Shown here: positions 43,585-53,209 of the stretch, in pieces
How positions within the stretch are numbered: position 1 is the first letter of the stretch
How the letters are laid out: each line of letters starts with the position of its first letter
Assembly (NCBI GenBank): GCA_963738405.1
Contig: CAVTWJ010000009.1
Location: 288,001 to 352,000 of the forward strand
Direction of reading: 5' to 3'
From: a candidate division FCPU426 bacterium
Lineage (GTDB): Bacteria > Oederibacteriota > Muellerivitia > Muellerivitales > Muellerivitaceae
Length of the DNA stretch: 64,000 bases
Program-made: the position numbers and the translations under genes
The notes under the pieces: generated by a model
Seen by the model: the letters and a program-made list of their open reading frames with translations, nothing else
Told to the model about the DNA's origin: nothing
The model's database searches: none

Positions 43585-43599
43585 CACACTGGAAAAACC

Positions 43600-45297
43600 A
43601 TGAATTCGAAGAAACTCGGTCTCGTATTAAGCCTGTTGTTGGTTTTGACGCCCGCCCTCAGCTTCGGGGATTTGATGTCGGAGGACTCCCTCACCACCCA
43701 GGCCCGGGCCTACTGGCACTATGCCATCGCGCTTTACTCGCTGCGCATGAGCCACCCGGAGCAATCCCTGGTGGAATTCGAGCAGGCGGCCCGATACGAT
43801 CCCCAATCCCCCTCCATCCACAAGCACCTGGCCTACAACTATTACATGGAAGGGCTGGATAACAAAAGCGTGGAGGAGCTTCAAAAATCCCTCGACCTGA
43901 ACCCGGAAGACACCGAAACCCGCCAGCAGATGGCGGAACTTTTGGCGGCGCAGGGGGAATATTCCAAGGCCCAGCACGAGTTGGAAAACCTGATTCAAAA
44001 AAATCCAGGGAACATCAAGGCCCGATACGAATTGGCCGGCATCTTCGCCAGCCAAAGCAAGACCGACAACGCCATGGCGACCTACCAGGCCATCCTGACG
44101 GCGGACCCCAAGCAGGCCGACGCCTACTACAACATGGGGCTTCTTTATACCCGGGCCAACCAGGCCGTCAAAGCCGAGGAGTATTTCCGCAAGGCCATCA
44201 CCACGGACCCCACTCAAGAGGCTCCCTACGCCTCCCTGGGGCTTATTTACGAATGGGAAAAAAAAGAAGACGATGCCATCGCCACTTACCAGGCCCTGGT
44301 GAAGGTAAACCCCCAAAGCGCTCAGGCCTATCAGGCCCTGGGGGAACTTTACGCCGGTCAGAAAAAAGACGATTTGGCCCTCCAAGCCTTTCAAAGCTAT
44401 TCCAAATTAAAGCCCGCAGACGCCTCCGCCCTCGACAGCATCGGCATCTGCCAGTACCGCCTCAAGCAATATGACGACGCCATCGCCTCCTTTCAGGGCT
44501 TCCTCGACAAGGAACCGCGCAACGACCTGGTGCGGTTTCATTTGGCCGCCGCCTTCGAGGAAAAGATGGAATACCCTCAGGCGGAAGAACAGCTTCAAGC
44601 CATCCTGAAAAATGACGATAAATCCACCGACGCCTGGGTGCGGTTGATCCTTCTTTTAGGCAAGGAAAACAAAGAACCCGAGGCCGCCCAAACCCTCAAG
44701 GACGCCTTGAAAGCGGTTGCCAATAGCCCGGACCTGATCCTCATTGAGGCCATGCTGGAGCATCAAAAGGGCGACTTGACCCCGGCGGAGGAGCATTACC
44801 GAAAGGTCATTCAACTGGACCCTCAAAACGTGCAGGCCCACTTTAACCTGGGAGTTCTCCTGGATAAAAAGGGCCGCTTTGACGACGCCATGGATGAAAT
44901 GAGGAAGGTGTTAAAGATCGACCCGGATAACGCCGAGGGGCTTAATTATTTGGGCTATTCCTACGCGGACAAAAACACCCGCCTTGACGAAGCCAAGGAT
45001 CTGCTGGAAAGGGCGGTCAAGATTGAGCCCGACAACCCCTATTATTTGGACAGTTTGGGTTGGGCTTACTACCGGCGGTCCGATTTCCCGGGGGCCAAGG
45101 CCGAGCTGGAAAAGGCCGAGGGCTATTTAAAAGACGGTCAAAAGGACAACGCGGTCGTGTATGACCATTTGGGAGAGGTTTTCATGAAACTGGGGGATAA
45201 GGATTCGGCCATCCTGCAGTGGCAAAAGGCCGCCCAGCTGGACCCGGATGACAAGGATTATCCCGCCAAAATCGCGAAGGCCAAAACGGCCCCGTGA
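43600..45297 (+). CDS. Exported multi-TPR protein
   Basis: Signal peptide, many TPR repeats, LNYLGYSYAD...YLDSLGWAYY...DHLGE; this TPR type commonly precedes ispE. Confidence 0.85.
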   Translation: MNSKKLGLVLSLLLVLTPALSFGDLMSEDSLTTQARAYWHYAIALYSLRMSHPEQSLVEFEQAARYDPQSPSIHKHLAYNYYMEGLDNKSVEELQKSLDLNPEDTETRQQMAELLAAQGEYSKAQHELENLIQKNPGNIKARYELAGIFASQSKTDNAMATYQAILTADPKQADAYYNMGLLYTRANQAVKAEEYFRKAITTDPTQEAPYASLGLIYEWEKKEDDAIATYQALVKVNPQSAQAYQALGELYAGQKKDDLALQAFQSYSKLKPADASALDSIGICQYRLKQYDDAIASFQGFLDKEPRNDLVRFHLAAAFEEKMEYPQAEEQLQAILKNDDKSTDAWVRLILLLGKENKEPEAAQTLKDALKAVANSPDLILIEAMLEHQKGDLTPAEEHYRKVIQLDPQNVQAHFNLGVLLDKKGRFDDAMDEMRKVLKIDPDNAEGLNYLGYSYADKNTRLDEAKDLLERAVKIEPDNPYYLDSLGWAYYRRSDFPGAKAELEKAEGYLKDGQKDNAVVYDHLGEVFMKLGDKDSAILQWQKAAQLDPDDKDYPAKIAKAKTAP

Positions 45298-46178
45298 GCC
45301 CCCAAGAAGTTCGGTTACGAACCCCCGCCAAAATCAATCCGGTTTTGGAGGTGCTTGGAAAGAGAACCGACGGCTACCATGACCTGGCCCTAGTCTTCCA
45401 GGCGGTTTCCCTTTATGACGAACTCATCCTCGAAAAAATCACCTCGGGGGTGGAATTGGTGATCGATCCGCCCCTTCCGGAACTTTCGGGGGACGACTCG
45501 AATCTGGTGGCCAAAGCGGCGCGCCTTTTCCTGAACGAGGTTCTGGGGGGCCGCGAAGGGGTCCGCGTCCTGCTGAATAAAAAAATCCCCCTGGCCGCGG
45601 GGCTGGGAGGAGGCTCCAGCGACGCTGCGGCGACGCTATTGGGGTTGGAGGCGCTTTTTCAAACCGGCTGCGGCAGGGAACGGCTCAAAGGTTTCGCGGC
45701 GAAGCTTGGTTCGGATGTGGCCTTTTTTCTGGAGGGGGGAACGGCCCTGGGGACGGGAAGGGGCGAAATCATCGAACCCTGGCCCGCCGGGCCTTCCTGG
45801 AACTTGGTGTTGGTCAAGCCGCCCGAGGGGCTTTCGACGCCCCAGGTCTACCGGTCGGGCAAGGCCGTCCTGACGGATGGAAAAAGGGCCAAGGCCTACA
45901 AGCAAGTGGCGGAAAAAGGGAATCTTAAAGAAATATCCGGCGCCCTTTTTAACGGTCTTGAACCGGCGGCGGTTTTTCTTTTGCCGAAGGTTTTGGAAAT
46001 AAAAGAAAGCCTTATCCAGTATGGCGCGCTGGGGGCCCAGGTTTCGGGAAGCGGCCCGACCCTTTTCGCGGTAACAGAAAACAAGAACGCGGCCCAGGCG
46101 CTCGCCCAAAGATTCAACCAGGAGGGCTGGGTGTCACAGGCCTTAGAGACGATTTCCAAGGGAGTTGAATTTTTATGA
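45294..46178 (+). CDS. ispE: 4-diphosphocytidyl-2-C-methyl-D-erythritol kinase
   Basis: PAKIN, DGYHDL, KKIPLAAGLGGGSSDAAA, LGSDVAFF, SGSGPT. Confidence 0.95.
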   Translation: MSPQEVRLRTPAKINPVLEVLGKRTDGYHDLALVFQAVSLYDELILEKITSGVELVIDPPLPELSGDDSNLVAKAARLFLNEVLGGREGVRVLLNKKIPLAAGLGGGSSDAAATLLGLEALFQTGCGRERLKGFAAKLGSDVAFFLEGGTALGTGRGEIIEPWPAGPSWNLVLVKPPEGLSTPQVYRSGKAVLTDGKRAKAYKQVAEKGNLKEISGALFNGLEPAAVFLLPKVLEIKESLIQYGALGAQVSGSGPTLFAVTENKNAAQALAQRFNQEGWVSQALETISKGVEFL

Positions 46179-47218
46179 CCCTGTCTAAGAAAAATGAGAA
46201 AGCGCTCAAGGGAAAATCTTCCGGGCTCTCCGGCTGGGTTTGGGGCCTCGTCCTCTTTTTGGCTTTGGTTCTCTCGGCGGCCTTTTTCTTTATTTACCAG
46301 GTCATGCCGGGCAAGGTGGCTGAATCCCTGGTCAAGGCCACCCAAAACCAGCGTCTTCCACAGGTTCTTCCCAGCCAGTACGGGCTGAAATATGAGAATG
46401 TGGAATTCAAAACCTCCGACGGAATCTCCCTCAAGGGATGGTGGATACCTTCCTCCCTCCACAATCCCAAAGGCACGGTGATCCTGACCCACGGGGCCTT
46501 CCACAACCGCGACCAGGTTCTGACCCGGGCCGTCTTTTTGCAGGAAGCGGGATACCAAGTGCTGACATTTGACCTGCGGGGCCACGGCGAAAGCGCCCCC
46601 GCCCCCCTCACAGGAGGGTTTCTGGAAGCGGGGGATTTCACCGCCGCCGAACATTTTCTCTCGGAAAAACACCGGCTCAAAAAACCCCTGATCTTTTATG
46701 GTTTTTCCTTGGGCGCCATCTGCGCCCTGAGGGCCGGGGCCGTCGAACCGGTGGACGCCGTCATCGCCGACAGCCCCCTCCCCAATGTTAAATCTTATAT
46801 TTCCCGAAAGACCATCGGGGCTCCCTTCGCGGCCCTTCCGGGTTTCCTCGCCCAATGCATTCAAGCCTACGACATGGCCACCGGCCTCCATTTGACGGAG
46901 CAAGACTTGGATTTAATTCCGGTGATGCGGCAAATCACGACGGTTCCAGTTTTAATTTTTTCCGGCGAGAAGGACGACTTGGCCCGAAGCTCCGAGGTTC
47001 AAGGCCTGTTTGACCAGTGCCCGGCGCCCCACCGGCGGTTGGTTTATATTCCCGACGCGGGCCATGAGCAAACCTACAGCCAATACCCGGTCATCTACGA
47101 GAAGGCGGTTTTGGATTTTTTACGGGATGTGAAAGAGGGTTTCCCTAAGGATCAAAACGTCCCCGGGGTGTTTGCGAGCCCGAAGCCGTTGGCAGATAAG
47201 ACGCCGGTCAAAAAATAA
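46175..47218 (+). CDS. Membrane-anchored alpha/beta hydrolase
   Basis: N-terminal TM, THG, FDLRGHGES, GFSLG nucleophile elbow, GEKDD, AGH. Confidence 0.85.
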   Translation: MTLSKKNEKALKGKSSGLSGWVWGLVLFLALVLSAAFFFIYQVMPGKVAESLVKATQNQRLPQVLPSQYGLKYENVEFKTSDGISLKGWWIPSSLHNPKGTVILTHGAFHNRDQVLTRAVFLQEAGYQVLTFDLRGHGESAPAPLTGGFLEAGDFTAAEHFLSEKHRLKKPLIFYGFSLGAICALRAGAVEPVDAVIADSPLPNVKSYISRKTIGAPFAALPGFLAQCIQAYDMATGLHLTEQDLDLIPVMRQITTVPVLIFSGEKDDLARSSEVQGLFDQCPAPHRRLVYIPDAGHEQTYSQYPVIYEKAVLDFLRDVKEGFPKDQNVPGVFASPKPLADKTPVKK

Positions 47219-47238
47219 CCCTTCGAGAGCCTCAGGGT

Positions 47239-47442
47239 CTACTCGACACACCCAATGAAATAATGGCAGGTGTAACAGACGATTTTGCATTTCTTGGTCA
47301 CCATGGGATGCCCGCACTGGGGACAGGTGTAAAAGAGGGATTCTTCCGGGTCGACGGAGGTTTTCATCCGGAGGCCGATATCAAACAGGGAAGGCAGGGG
47401 CGTGATCACCGTTTTGTTGTCTAATTCTTCGTTCACGCTCAA
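47239..47442 (-). CDS. Small Cys-rich Zn-finger-like protein
   Basis: CPQCGHPMVTKKCKIVCYTCHYFIGC; start uncertain (could be 47367). Confidence 0.55.
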   Translation of the reverse strand: MSVNEELDNKTVITPLPSLFDIGLRMKTSVDPEESLFYTCPQCGHPMVTKKCKIVCYTCHYFIGCVE

Positions 47443-47554
47443 AGATTAGCACGAATTTAAATAGGGTCTCAATGGGTCAGGGCGATTTGAGGCTTGAATA
47501 AGGGTCAAGGGTGAATAAAATAGCCCTCCGCCTGAATCAGGCGGTTGAGAATAT

Positions 47555-47629
47555 TGGGGCGTCGACAAGCGGTAAGTCACCAGATTTTGGATCTGGCATT
47601 CGTAGGTTCGAATCCTACCGCCCCAGCCA
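47555..47629 (+). tRNA. tRNA-Gln (anticodon UUG) with encoded CCA
   Basis: Acceptor stem TGGGGCG/CGCCCCA, anticodon arm CCAGA-TTTTGGA-TCTGG, T arm GTAGG-TTCGAAT-CCTAC. Confidence 0.97.
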
Positions 47630-47833
47630 ATAAAGCCCGTCCCCTTTTTGGGGGATGGGCTTTATTGTTTTTGGTAATAAGGATTCGAACTGAGATGGGT
47701 ATGGGGAACAGTAGGTCCCATGTCTTCAGGAGGGGTAACGTAGGGGGCAATTCCCCTACGAACGGAGTTGGTTTGACATTCACCGTCCCAGCCAATAAAG
47801 CCCGTCCCCTTTTGAGGGAGATGGGCTTTATTG
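47617..47833 (+). repeat. Imperfect direct repeat of the tRNA 3' end plus terminator (47617-47667 and 47782-47833) enclosing hairpins
   Basis: ACCG(C/T)CCCAGCCAATAAAGCCCGTCCCCTTTT...GATGGGCTTTATTG occurs twice. Confidence 0.85.
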
Positions 47834-47970
47834 GCTGAAGCAATAAGTTAATTCATTGTGTGGGATAGTCTCCCTATTTGGGTTGCTATTCCTTAATGGG
47901 TTAATTTCCACCTGAATTTTCAAAAATCTCTTGTTTCCCGATAGATAAAAATGGTTTCTTTTTTTAGGAC

Positions 47971-47997
47971 TGTCGATTTCATCCGTCCTTACTCGTC
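47971..47997 (+). promoter_or_regulatory. ECF42-type promoter
   Basis: TGTCGA-N17-CGTC. Confidence 0.75.
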
Positions 47998-48055
47998 GTT
48001 ATGATTGAACGGGCTTGAACCCGCTCTATCAACGAGATTTAAAAGGAGTCGGAAC

Positions 48056-48403
48056 ATGAGATTCATGGCTTTATGGCATCCAGTGGCAAATGCCGCCCCG
48101 CCTAAACCCGAGCATTATGCTCAGATGGGGAAGCTGATCGACGAAATGGTGAAAGCGGGTGTTTTGCAGGATACCGGTGGATGGGATACAAAAGCCCCGC
48201 TGATTGTGGTTACCAACACCAAGGGAAAGGTGACCGTCACCGATGGACCTTATACGGAAGCCAAGGAAATGGTGGCCGGTTTCGTCATTTTCGAGGTGAG
48301 GTCCAGGGAAGAGGCGGTCCAATGGGGCAAGCGATTCATTGAGATCGCGGGCGAAGGTTTCTCCGAGATGCGGGAAATTCCCCAACCGGCGCTCAAGCAC
48401 TGA
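48056..48403 (+). CDS. YciI/DGPF family protein
   Basis: VTDGPYTEAKEMVAGF; AAGGAG RBS. Confidence 0.85.
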   Translation: MRFMALWHPVANAAPPKPEHYAQMGKLIDEMVKAGVLQDTGGWDTKAPLIVVTNTKGKVTVTDGPYTEAKEMVAGFVIFEVRSREEAVQWGKRFIEIAGEGFSEMREIPQPALKH

Positions 48404-48460
48404 TCGAAGCCGGCTGGGTGGATACCCGGCCTTGTCCATCATCCAACCAAGGAGGCGGTT

Positions 48461-48862
48461 ATGCGATTCATGATGCTCGTAATACCTAAGAACTACCAGA
48501 AGGCCACCCCAGATGCCATGCCGGATATGAAGCAAGTCGAATTGATGATGAAGTACAACGAAAGCCTTCAAAAGGCCGGGGTGCTTCTGGAACTTAACGG
48601 GCTTTTCCCGCCTTCCGCAGGCACCCGTGTTTCCTATAAGAACGGGAAAGCCACGGTGGTCGACGGGCCCTTCACCGAGGCTAAGGAGTCCATCGGCGGT
48701 TATTGGATTATCCAAGTCAAATCGAAGGAAGAAGCCATCCAGTGGGCGTCCCGTGTTCCTTTCCTGGGTGAGGAAACCGTCGAGGTCAGGCAGATCCACG
48801 AGATGGGCGAATTCCCGCCCGAGATCCAGGAACAAGCCAAGAAGATCACGGAAACCAAGTAA
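48461..48862 (+). CDS. YciI/DGPF family protein
   Basis: VVDGPFTEAKESIGGYWII, VEVRQI. Confidence 0.88.
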   Translation: MRFMMLVIPKNYQKATPDAMPDMKQVELMMKYNESLQKAGVLLELNGLFPPSAGTRVSYKNGKATVVDGPFTEAKESIGGYWIIQVKSKEEAIQWASRVPFLGEETVEVRQIHEMGEFPPEIQEQAKKITETK

Positions 48863-48880
48863 TTTGAGGATGGCCAAAAG

Positions 48881-50149
48881 TTGAGCGAGTCCAACGCATA
48901 CGGCGCCATTGAGGCGGTTTGGCGCATCGAGTCCTCCAGGATTATCGCGGCCCTCGCCCGCATGACGCGGGACGTGGGACTGGCGGAGGACCTCGCCCAA
49001 GAGGCTCTGGTGGCCGCGCTGGAGAAATGGCCCCAAACCGGAATCCCAGACAAGCCGGGCGCCTGGCTCATGACCACCGCCAAGAACCGGGCCCTGGACC
49101 TGTTCCGCCGCAAGGCGATGCTAGATCGCAAGCACAACGAACTGGGAAAGGAATTGGATGAACGTATGGAAAGGACCTGGAAGGAATTCGGCGAAGAAAT
49201 GGATGACGACATCGGCGACGACCTTTTGCGCCTGGTCTTCATTTCCTGCCACCCGGTCCTTCCTCCCGAAGGCCGGGTCGCTTTGACCCTGCGCCTGCTG
49301 GGGGGCCTGACGACCCAAGAAATCGCCCGGGCTTTTTTAGTTTCCGAACCCACCGTCGCCCAGCGCATCGTGCGGGCCAAGCGGACCCTGGCCGAGGCCC
49401 AGGTGCCTTTCGAAGTGCCCCGGGGAACAGAACTGGCCGAACGTCTTTCCTCGGTGCTCGCGGTACTTTATCTCATCTTTAACGAAGGCTATTCGGCTAC
49501 CGCCGGGGAGGATTGGCTCAGGCCCGCCCTTTGCGAGGACGCACTGCGGCTGGGCCGCGTTTTGGCGGGCCTGGCCCCCCAAGAACCCGAGGTCCACGGC
49601 TTGGTGGCGCTGATGGAAATACAGGCCTCCCGTTTCGGAGCCCGGGTCGGTTCCGGTGGAGAACCGGTGCTCCTCATGGACCAGAACCGGGCCCGTTGGG
49701 ACCACCTTCTGATCCAGCGAGGACTGGCCGCCCTGGAAAAGGCCGAGTCGTTTTCGAAGGTACGGGGTCCCTACACTCTGCAGGCCGCCATCGCCGCCTG
49801 CCATGCCCGGGCCAAGACGGCCGAAGAGACCGATTGGAAACGCATCGTGGCCCTTTATGACGAATTGGGAAGGATAGCTCCTTCCCCCATCGTGGAACTG
49901 AACCGGGCGGTGGCGCTCTCCATGGCCTTCGGCCCCGCCGTGGGGCTGGAACTAATCGACCAACTGGCCGCCGAACCAACGCTTAAGAATTACCACCTCC
50001 TGCCCAGTGTCCGGGGCGACTTTTTGGCCAAAATGGGCCGCTTCCAAGAGGCGCGGGTTGAAATGGAAAGGGCCGCGGCCCTCACCCAGAACGAGCTGGA
50101 GCGCAAAATGCTCCTGAAGCGCGCGGCCTCCATCGCCGCCGGAAATTAA
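48881..50149 (+). CDS. ECF42-type sigma factor with C-terminal TPR-like extension (module 1)
   Basis: AEDLAQEAL, PGAWLMTTAKNRALD, LRLVFISCHP, LTTQEIARAFLV, LYLIFNEGY, PYTLQAAIAACH, SPIVELNRAVA; follows DGPF genes. Confidence 0.88.
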   Translation: MSESNAYGAIEAVWRIESSRIIAALARMTRDVGLAEDLAQEALVAALEKWPQTGIPDKPGAWLMTTAKNRALDLFRRKAMLDRKHNELGKELDERMERTWKEFGEEMDDDIGDDLLRLVFISCHPVLPPEGRVALTLRLLGGLTTQEIARAFLVSEPTVAQRIVRAKRTLAEAQVPFEVPRGTELAERLSSVLAVLYLIFNEGYSATAGEDWLRPALCEDALRLGRVLAGLAPQEPEVHGLVALMEIQASRFGARVGSGGEPVLLMDQNRARWDHLLIQRGLAALEKAESFSKVRGPYTLQAAIAACHARAKTAEETDWKRIVALYDELGRIAPSPIVELNRAVALSMAFGPAVGLELIDQLAAEPTLKNYHLLPSVRGDFLAKMGRFQEARVEMERAAALTQNELERKMLLKRAASIAAGN

Positions 50150-50162
50150 AAGCTTCTTGCCT

Positions 50163-50189
50163 TGTCGATCCTGGCCCTCCTCCTTCGTC
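50163..50189 (+). promoter_or_regulatory. ECF42-type promoter
   Basis: TGTCGA-N17-CGTC. Confidence 0.75.
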
Positions 50190-50227
50190 GTTAGGGTAGA
50201 AGCCGAAAACACAAAAAGGAGGAAGTC

Positions 50228-50629
50228 ATGCAATCGAATAAATCAGGCGGTTCAAAAGGGGCGCTCTGGACGGGACGGGTTATCAGTACCCTTTGTATCT
50301 TGTTTCTGACCTTCGATGGGGCCTCGAAAGTTTTTCAGGAAAACCATGTCATGCAGGCCATGGCGCAGGGGGGCTATTCACCCAGCGTCACCGTTCCCTT
50401 GGGTATCACTCTTCTTGTCTGCACCCTTCTCTATGCCATTCCCGCCACTTCGGTTCTCGGCGCCGTTCTTCTCACCGGCTGGTTGGGCGGAGCGGTCGAC
50501 TCCATGGTGCGCATGGCGGCCCCGGGCCATCCCTTTCTTTTTCCGATTTTTTTCGGGGTGCTGGTCTGGCTGGGTTTGTATTTAAGGGATGACCGGCTTA
50601 AGGCATTTCTGCCGATCCGAAAGAATTAG
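50228..50629 (+). CDS. DoxX family membrane protein
   Basis: Four TM segments, LYAIPATSVLGAVLLTGWLGGAV. Confidence 0.82.
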   Translation: MQSNKSGGSKGALWTGRVISTLCILFLTFDGASKVFQENHVMQAMAQGGYSPSVTVPLGITLLVCTLLYAIPATSVLGAVLLTGWLGGAVDSMVRMAAPGHPFLFPIFFGVLVWLGLYLRDDRLKAFLPIRKN

Positions 50630-50639
50630 GGAGTCCGCC

Positions 50640-51188
50640 ATGTCCTATCAAGCCTATCTGGATAACATCAAAGAAAAGACCGGGAAGTCCCCGGAAGATT
50701 TCCGGCTTCTGGCCGGTCAAAAAGGTTTGGCCGACCGGGCGGGCATCATGGCTTGGCTTAAGAAGGAATTTAACGTGGGTTACGGCCATGCCCACCTGAT
50801 CGCGCACTTGATCCTGCACCATGGGGAAGCGGAGGTCGCCCCGAAGGACCGACTGGGGAAGCTTTTCTCAGGCAAGAAGGCCCATTGGCGGAAGGCCTTT
50901 GACGGGCTGGCCGGCAAGGTCATCAAGTTCGGAAAGGACGTCGAGGTCAAGCCTAACGAAACCTATATCAATTTGAACCGAAACGGAAAAAAGTTTGGGA
51001 TTCTTCAACCTTCCTCGGCAGACCGCTTCGATATCGGCATCAAATTGAAGGGTTTAAAACCGCAAGGGCGGCTGGAAGCGGCTGGTTCTTGGAACTCCAT
51101 GGTGACCCACCGTGTGAGCATCACGGAGGTAAAACAAATCAACGCGGAAATACTTGGCTGGCTGAAAGAAGCCTATGAACGGATATGA
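50640..51188 (+). CDS. DUF4287/DUF5655-like protein
   Basis: SYQAYLDNIKEKTGKS, WLKKEFNVGYGHA, MVTHRV, WLKEAYE. Confidence 0.72.
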   Translation: MSYQAYLDNIKEKTGKSPEDFRLLAGQKGLADRAGIMAWLKKEFNVGYGHAHLIAHLILHHGEAEVAPKDRLGKLFSGKKAHWRKAFDGLAGKVIKFGKDVEVKPNETYINLNRNGKKFGILQPSSADRFDIGIKLKGLKPQGRLEAAGSWNSMVTHRVSITEVKQINAEILGWLKEAYERI

Positions 51189-51278
51189 GAAAGAAAATCT
51201 TTGATGAAATGGCGTTGAATCAACAAAGCCCAATCCCGCAAGTGGGAATTGGGCTTTGTGGTAAAACCGTTCGAAGGA

Positions 51279-52280
51279 TTATTTCGCCCTATCCGATCTT
51301 TTCGTTTCCGCTTTATCCGTCAATTTGGAAATCTCGTCCTTCACTTCCTGATCGATCTTATCGTCTTGGGCGATGGCCGTTAAATCATCCGGGCTTAATT
51401 TAAAGCCCGATTCCAGGAATAACTTCACGATATAGGTATCCGAGTTCTCCGCGGCCGCCATGAAGGTGGGTTTATCGTAAGTCACATGGCCGTCGAGCAG
51501 TTTTTGCCTCGCCGCGTCTTTTTTGGCCTCGCTGTTATCGGTCGTGTTTTTGGAAGGCTCAAAGGAAAGGGAGACTTGAACCGTCCAACCGCTGTAATCG
51601 ATTCCCGTGGGCAATCCGGTGGGTAGGGCAGGCAAAGAGGAAGAGGCGGGGCTGTAGGAAACATTGGGGAAGTTGGCGAAACGGTAATTGCCCTCCACGC
51701 TGATTTGCAGGTTTTCAAAGGTTAAGGGCGTGAATCCCAAACCCAGCTCCAACCCCAGCGCGGTCCCGGCCACGTTGTAGGTGCTGCCGTTGGAAATCAA
51801 GGCGTCGTTTCCCAGAAGATCGGAGATGGAATAGAGCCCGCCGATGCAGAAGAAATAGGGTTCCAACAAAGACTTTTCGTTCACGTCGATCCGGGTCCCG
51901 GTATAGAGGGCGCAAACGGGAATGTTCCATTGAAGGTTGTATTGCTTGCCGCCTTGGTTGACGCCGCCCGATCCCGTCCGGCCCAGCCTTTCGGTGCCCA
52001 CGAACCAATTGAAAAAATCCTGGGTGTAAAGGGTGATGTCCGACCCAAAGGTGGTTTGGTTCATGTCCAGGCTGTTGAACCCGCCCGGCTGGGTGTTGTA
52101 AAAGGTTTGGCCGTAGTAAAAGTCGATCTCCTTGGTGTCGAAGGACGCGATATAGGCGGTTCCAAAGAGGGCCCCCACCATGGTGGAGGCGACTTGGGCT
52201 GAGGCGCGCTGGGCGGGAAAAAGCGCCAGGCAAAAGATCATTCCTAAAAATATATTTTGAAACGGAAATCTTTTAAACAT
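51279..52280 (-). CDS. Exported, probable outer-membrane beta-barrel protein with a short C-terminal helical (ankyrin-like) tail
   Basis: Signal peptide, amphipathic strands (EPYFFCIGGLY, ISVEGNYRF, DYSGWTVQVSLSF), tail FMAAAENSDTYIVKLFLESG. Confidence 0.55.
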   Translation of the reverse strand: MFKRFPFQNIFLGMIFCLALFPAQRASAQVASTMVGALFGTAYIASFDTKEIDFYYGQTFYNTQPGGFNSLDMNQTTFGSDITLYTQDFFNWFVGTERLGRTGSGGVNQGGKQYNLQWNIPVCALYTGTRIDVNEKSLLEPYFFCIGGLYSISDLLGNDALISNGSTYNVAGTALGLELGLGFTPLTFENLQISVEGNYRFANFPNVSYSPASSSLPALPTGLPTGIDYSGWTVQVSLSFEPSKNTTDNSEAKKDAARQKLLDGHVTYDKPTFMAAAENSDTYIVKLFLESGFKLSPDDLTAIAQDDKIDQEVKDEISKLTDKAETKRSDRAK

Positions 52281-52332
52281 AAAGCCTCCCTTTTTAAAAT
52301 CGGCCTACATCCCAATCTTCCGCCTATGTTGC

Positions 52333-53073
52333 TTATTTCTTTTTGTTTTCTTTCGCGATCTCGGTGACAAAACCCTCGCCTAAGATTCCCGCCGGCAAGG
52401 CAAAAAGGCCGATTCCCACAAAGGCATTGATGGCGTGGATCAGTTTTCCGAAATTGGTGATGGGGGTGATGTCGTGATAACCGACGGTTGAGAGGGTCAT
52501 GAGGCACCACCAAATCGTCGATGGGATATCGGGGAAATAGGTAGGCTGGGCGTCATGTTCGGCGAAGTACATCAAGCAAGAGGTAATGACCAGGGTGATC
52601 CCGGCGAGCAGGAGGGTTACGGTTAATTCGTGCCTTTTGGCGTAGATCACCCGGTTGATCATGCCCAGTTTTTTCGAGTAATGGGCGACCTTCAAAACAC
52701 GGAAAATTCTCAAGAGGCGGATGATACGGATAAACCTCAAATCAATTGGGAAGAAAAAGGGCAGGTAAAAGGGAAGGATCGAAAAGAGATCCACCAGCGC
52801 CAGGGGCGAAAAAACGTACTGGATCAGGCCCCAAAAGGGTTTCTTGTACCGCTTATCAAACTGGCTCAAATAAATCCGGCCGATGTACTCAATGGAAAAG
52901 ACCACGATCGAAAATAACTCGAAACCGTCAAAATAGGGCTTATAGACCATGTAAATATTGCCGACGGTCTCGTAAATCACCGCCAAGACGTTCATGAAAA
53001 TAAGGCCGAGAATGAAGATATCGACGGTCGCGATGATTTCTTTATGTTTTTGGGAGAGGGTGGTTTTTTTCAC
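52333..53073 (-). CDS. Voltage-gated potassium-channel-like ion transporter (6TM) with TVGYHD filter
   Basis: S4 LRFIRIIRLLRIFRVLK, pore helix WWCLMTLSTVGYHDITP; GTG start at 53073 with GGGGAG RBS (ORF is open to 53193). Confidence 0.85.
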   Translation of the reverse strand: MKKTTLSQKHKEIIATVDIFILGLIFMNVLAVIYETVGNIYMVYKPYFDGFELFSIVVFSIEYIGRIYLSQFDKRYKKPFWGLIQYVFSPLALVDLFSILPFYLPFFFPIDLRFIRIIRLLRIFRVLKVAHYSKKLGMINRVIYAKRHELTVTLLLAGITLVITSCLMYFAEHDAQPTYFPDIPSTIWWCLMTLSTVGYHDITPITNFGKLIHAINAFVGIGLFALPAGILGEGFVTEIAKENKKK

Positions 53074-53138
53074 CGGCGGGGCTCCCCAAGGGTGTTTGAG
53101 ACCATCGCGCAAGATTATAACCGGACTCTTGTTTTTCA

Positions 53139-53165
53139 TGTCCGGTTTTAGATTTCCCGTTCGTC
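53139..53165 (+). promoter_or_regulatory. ECF42-variant promoter
   Basis: TGTCCG-N17-CGTC upstream of the DoxX-like gene. Confidence 0.7.
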
Positions 53166-53209
53166 GTATGGTATAGAGGAGCATTGAATCCACTAAAGGA
53201 AGGCGTGAA

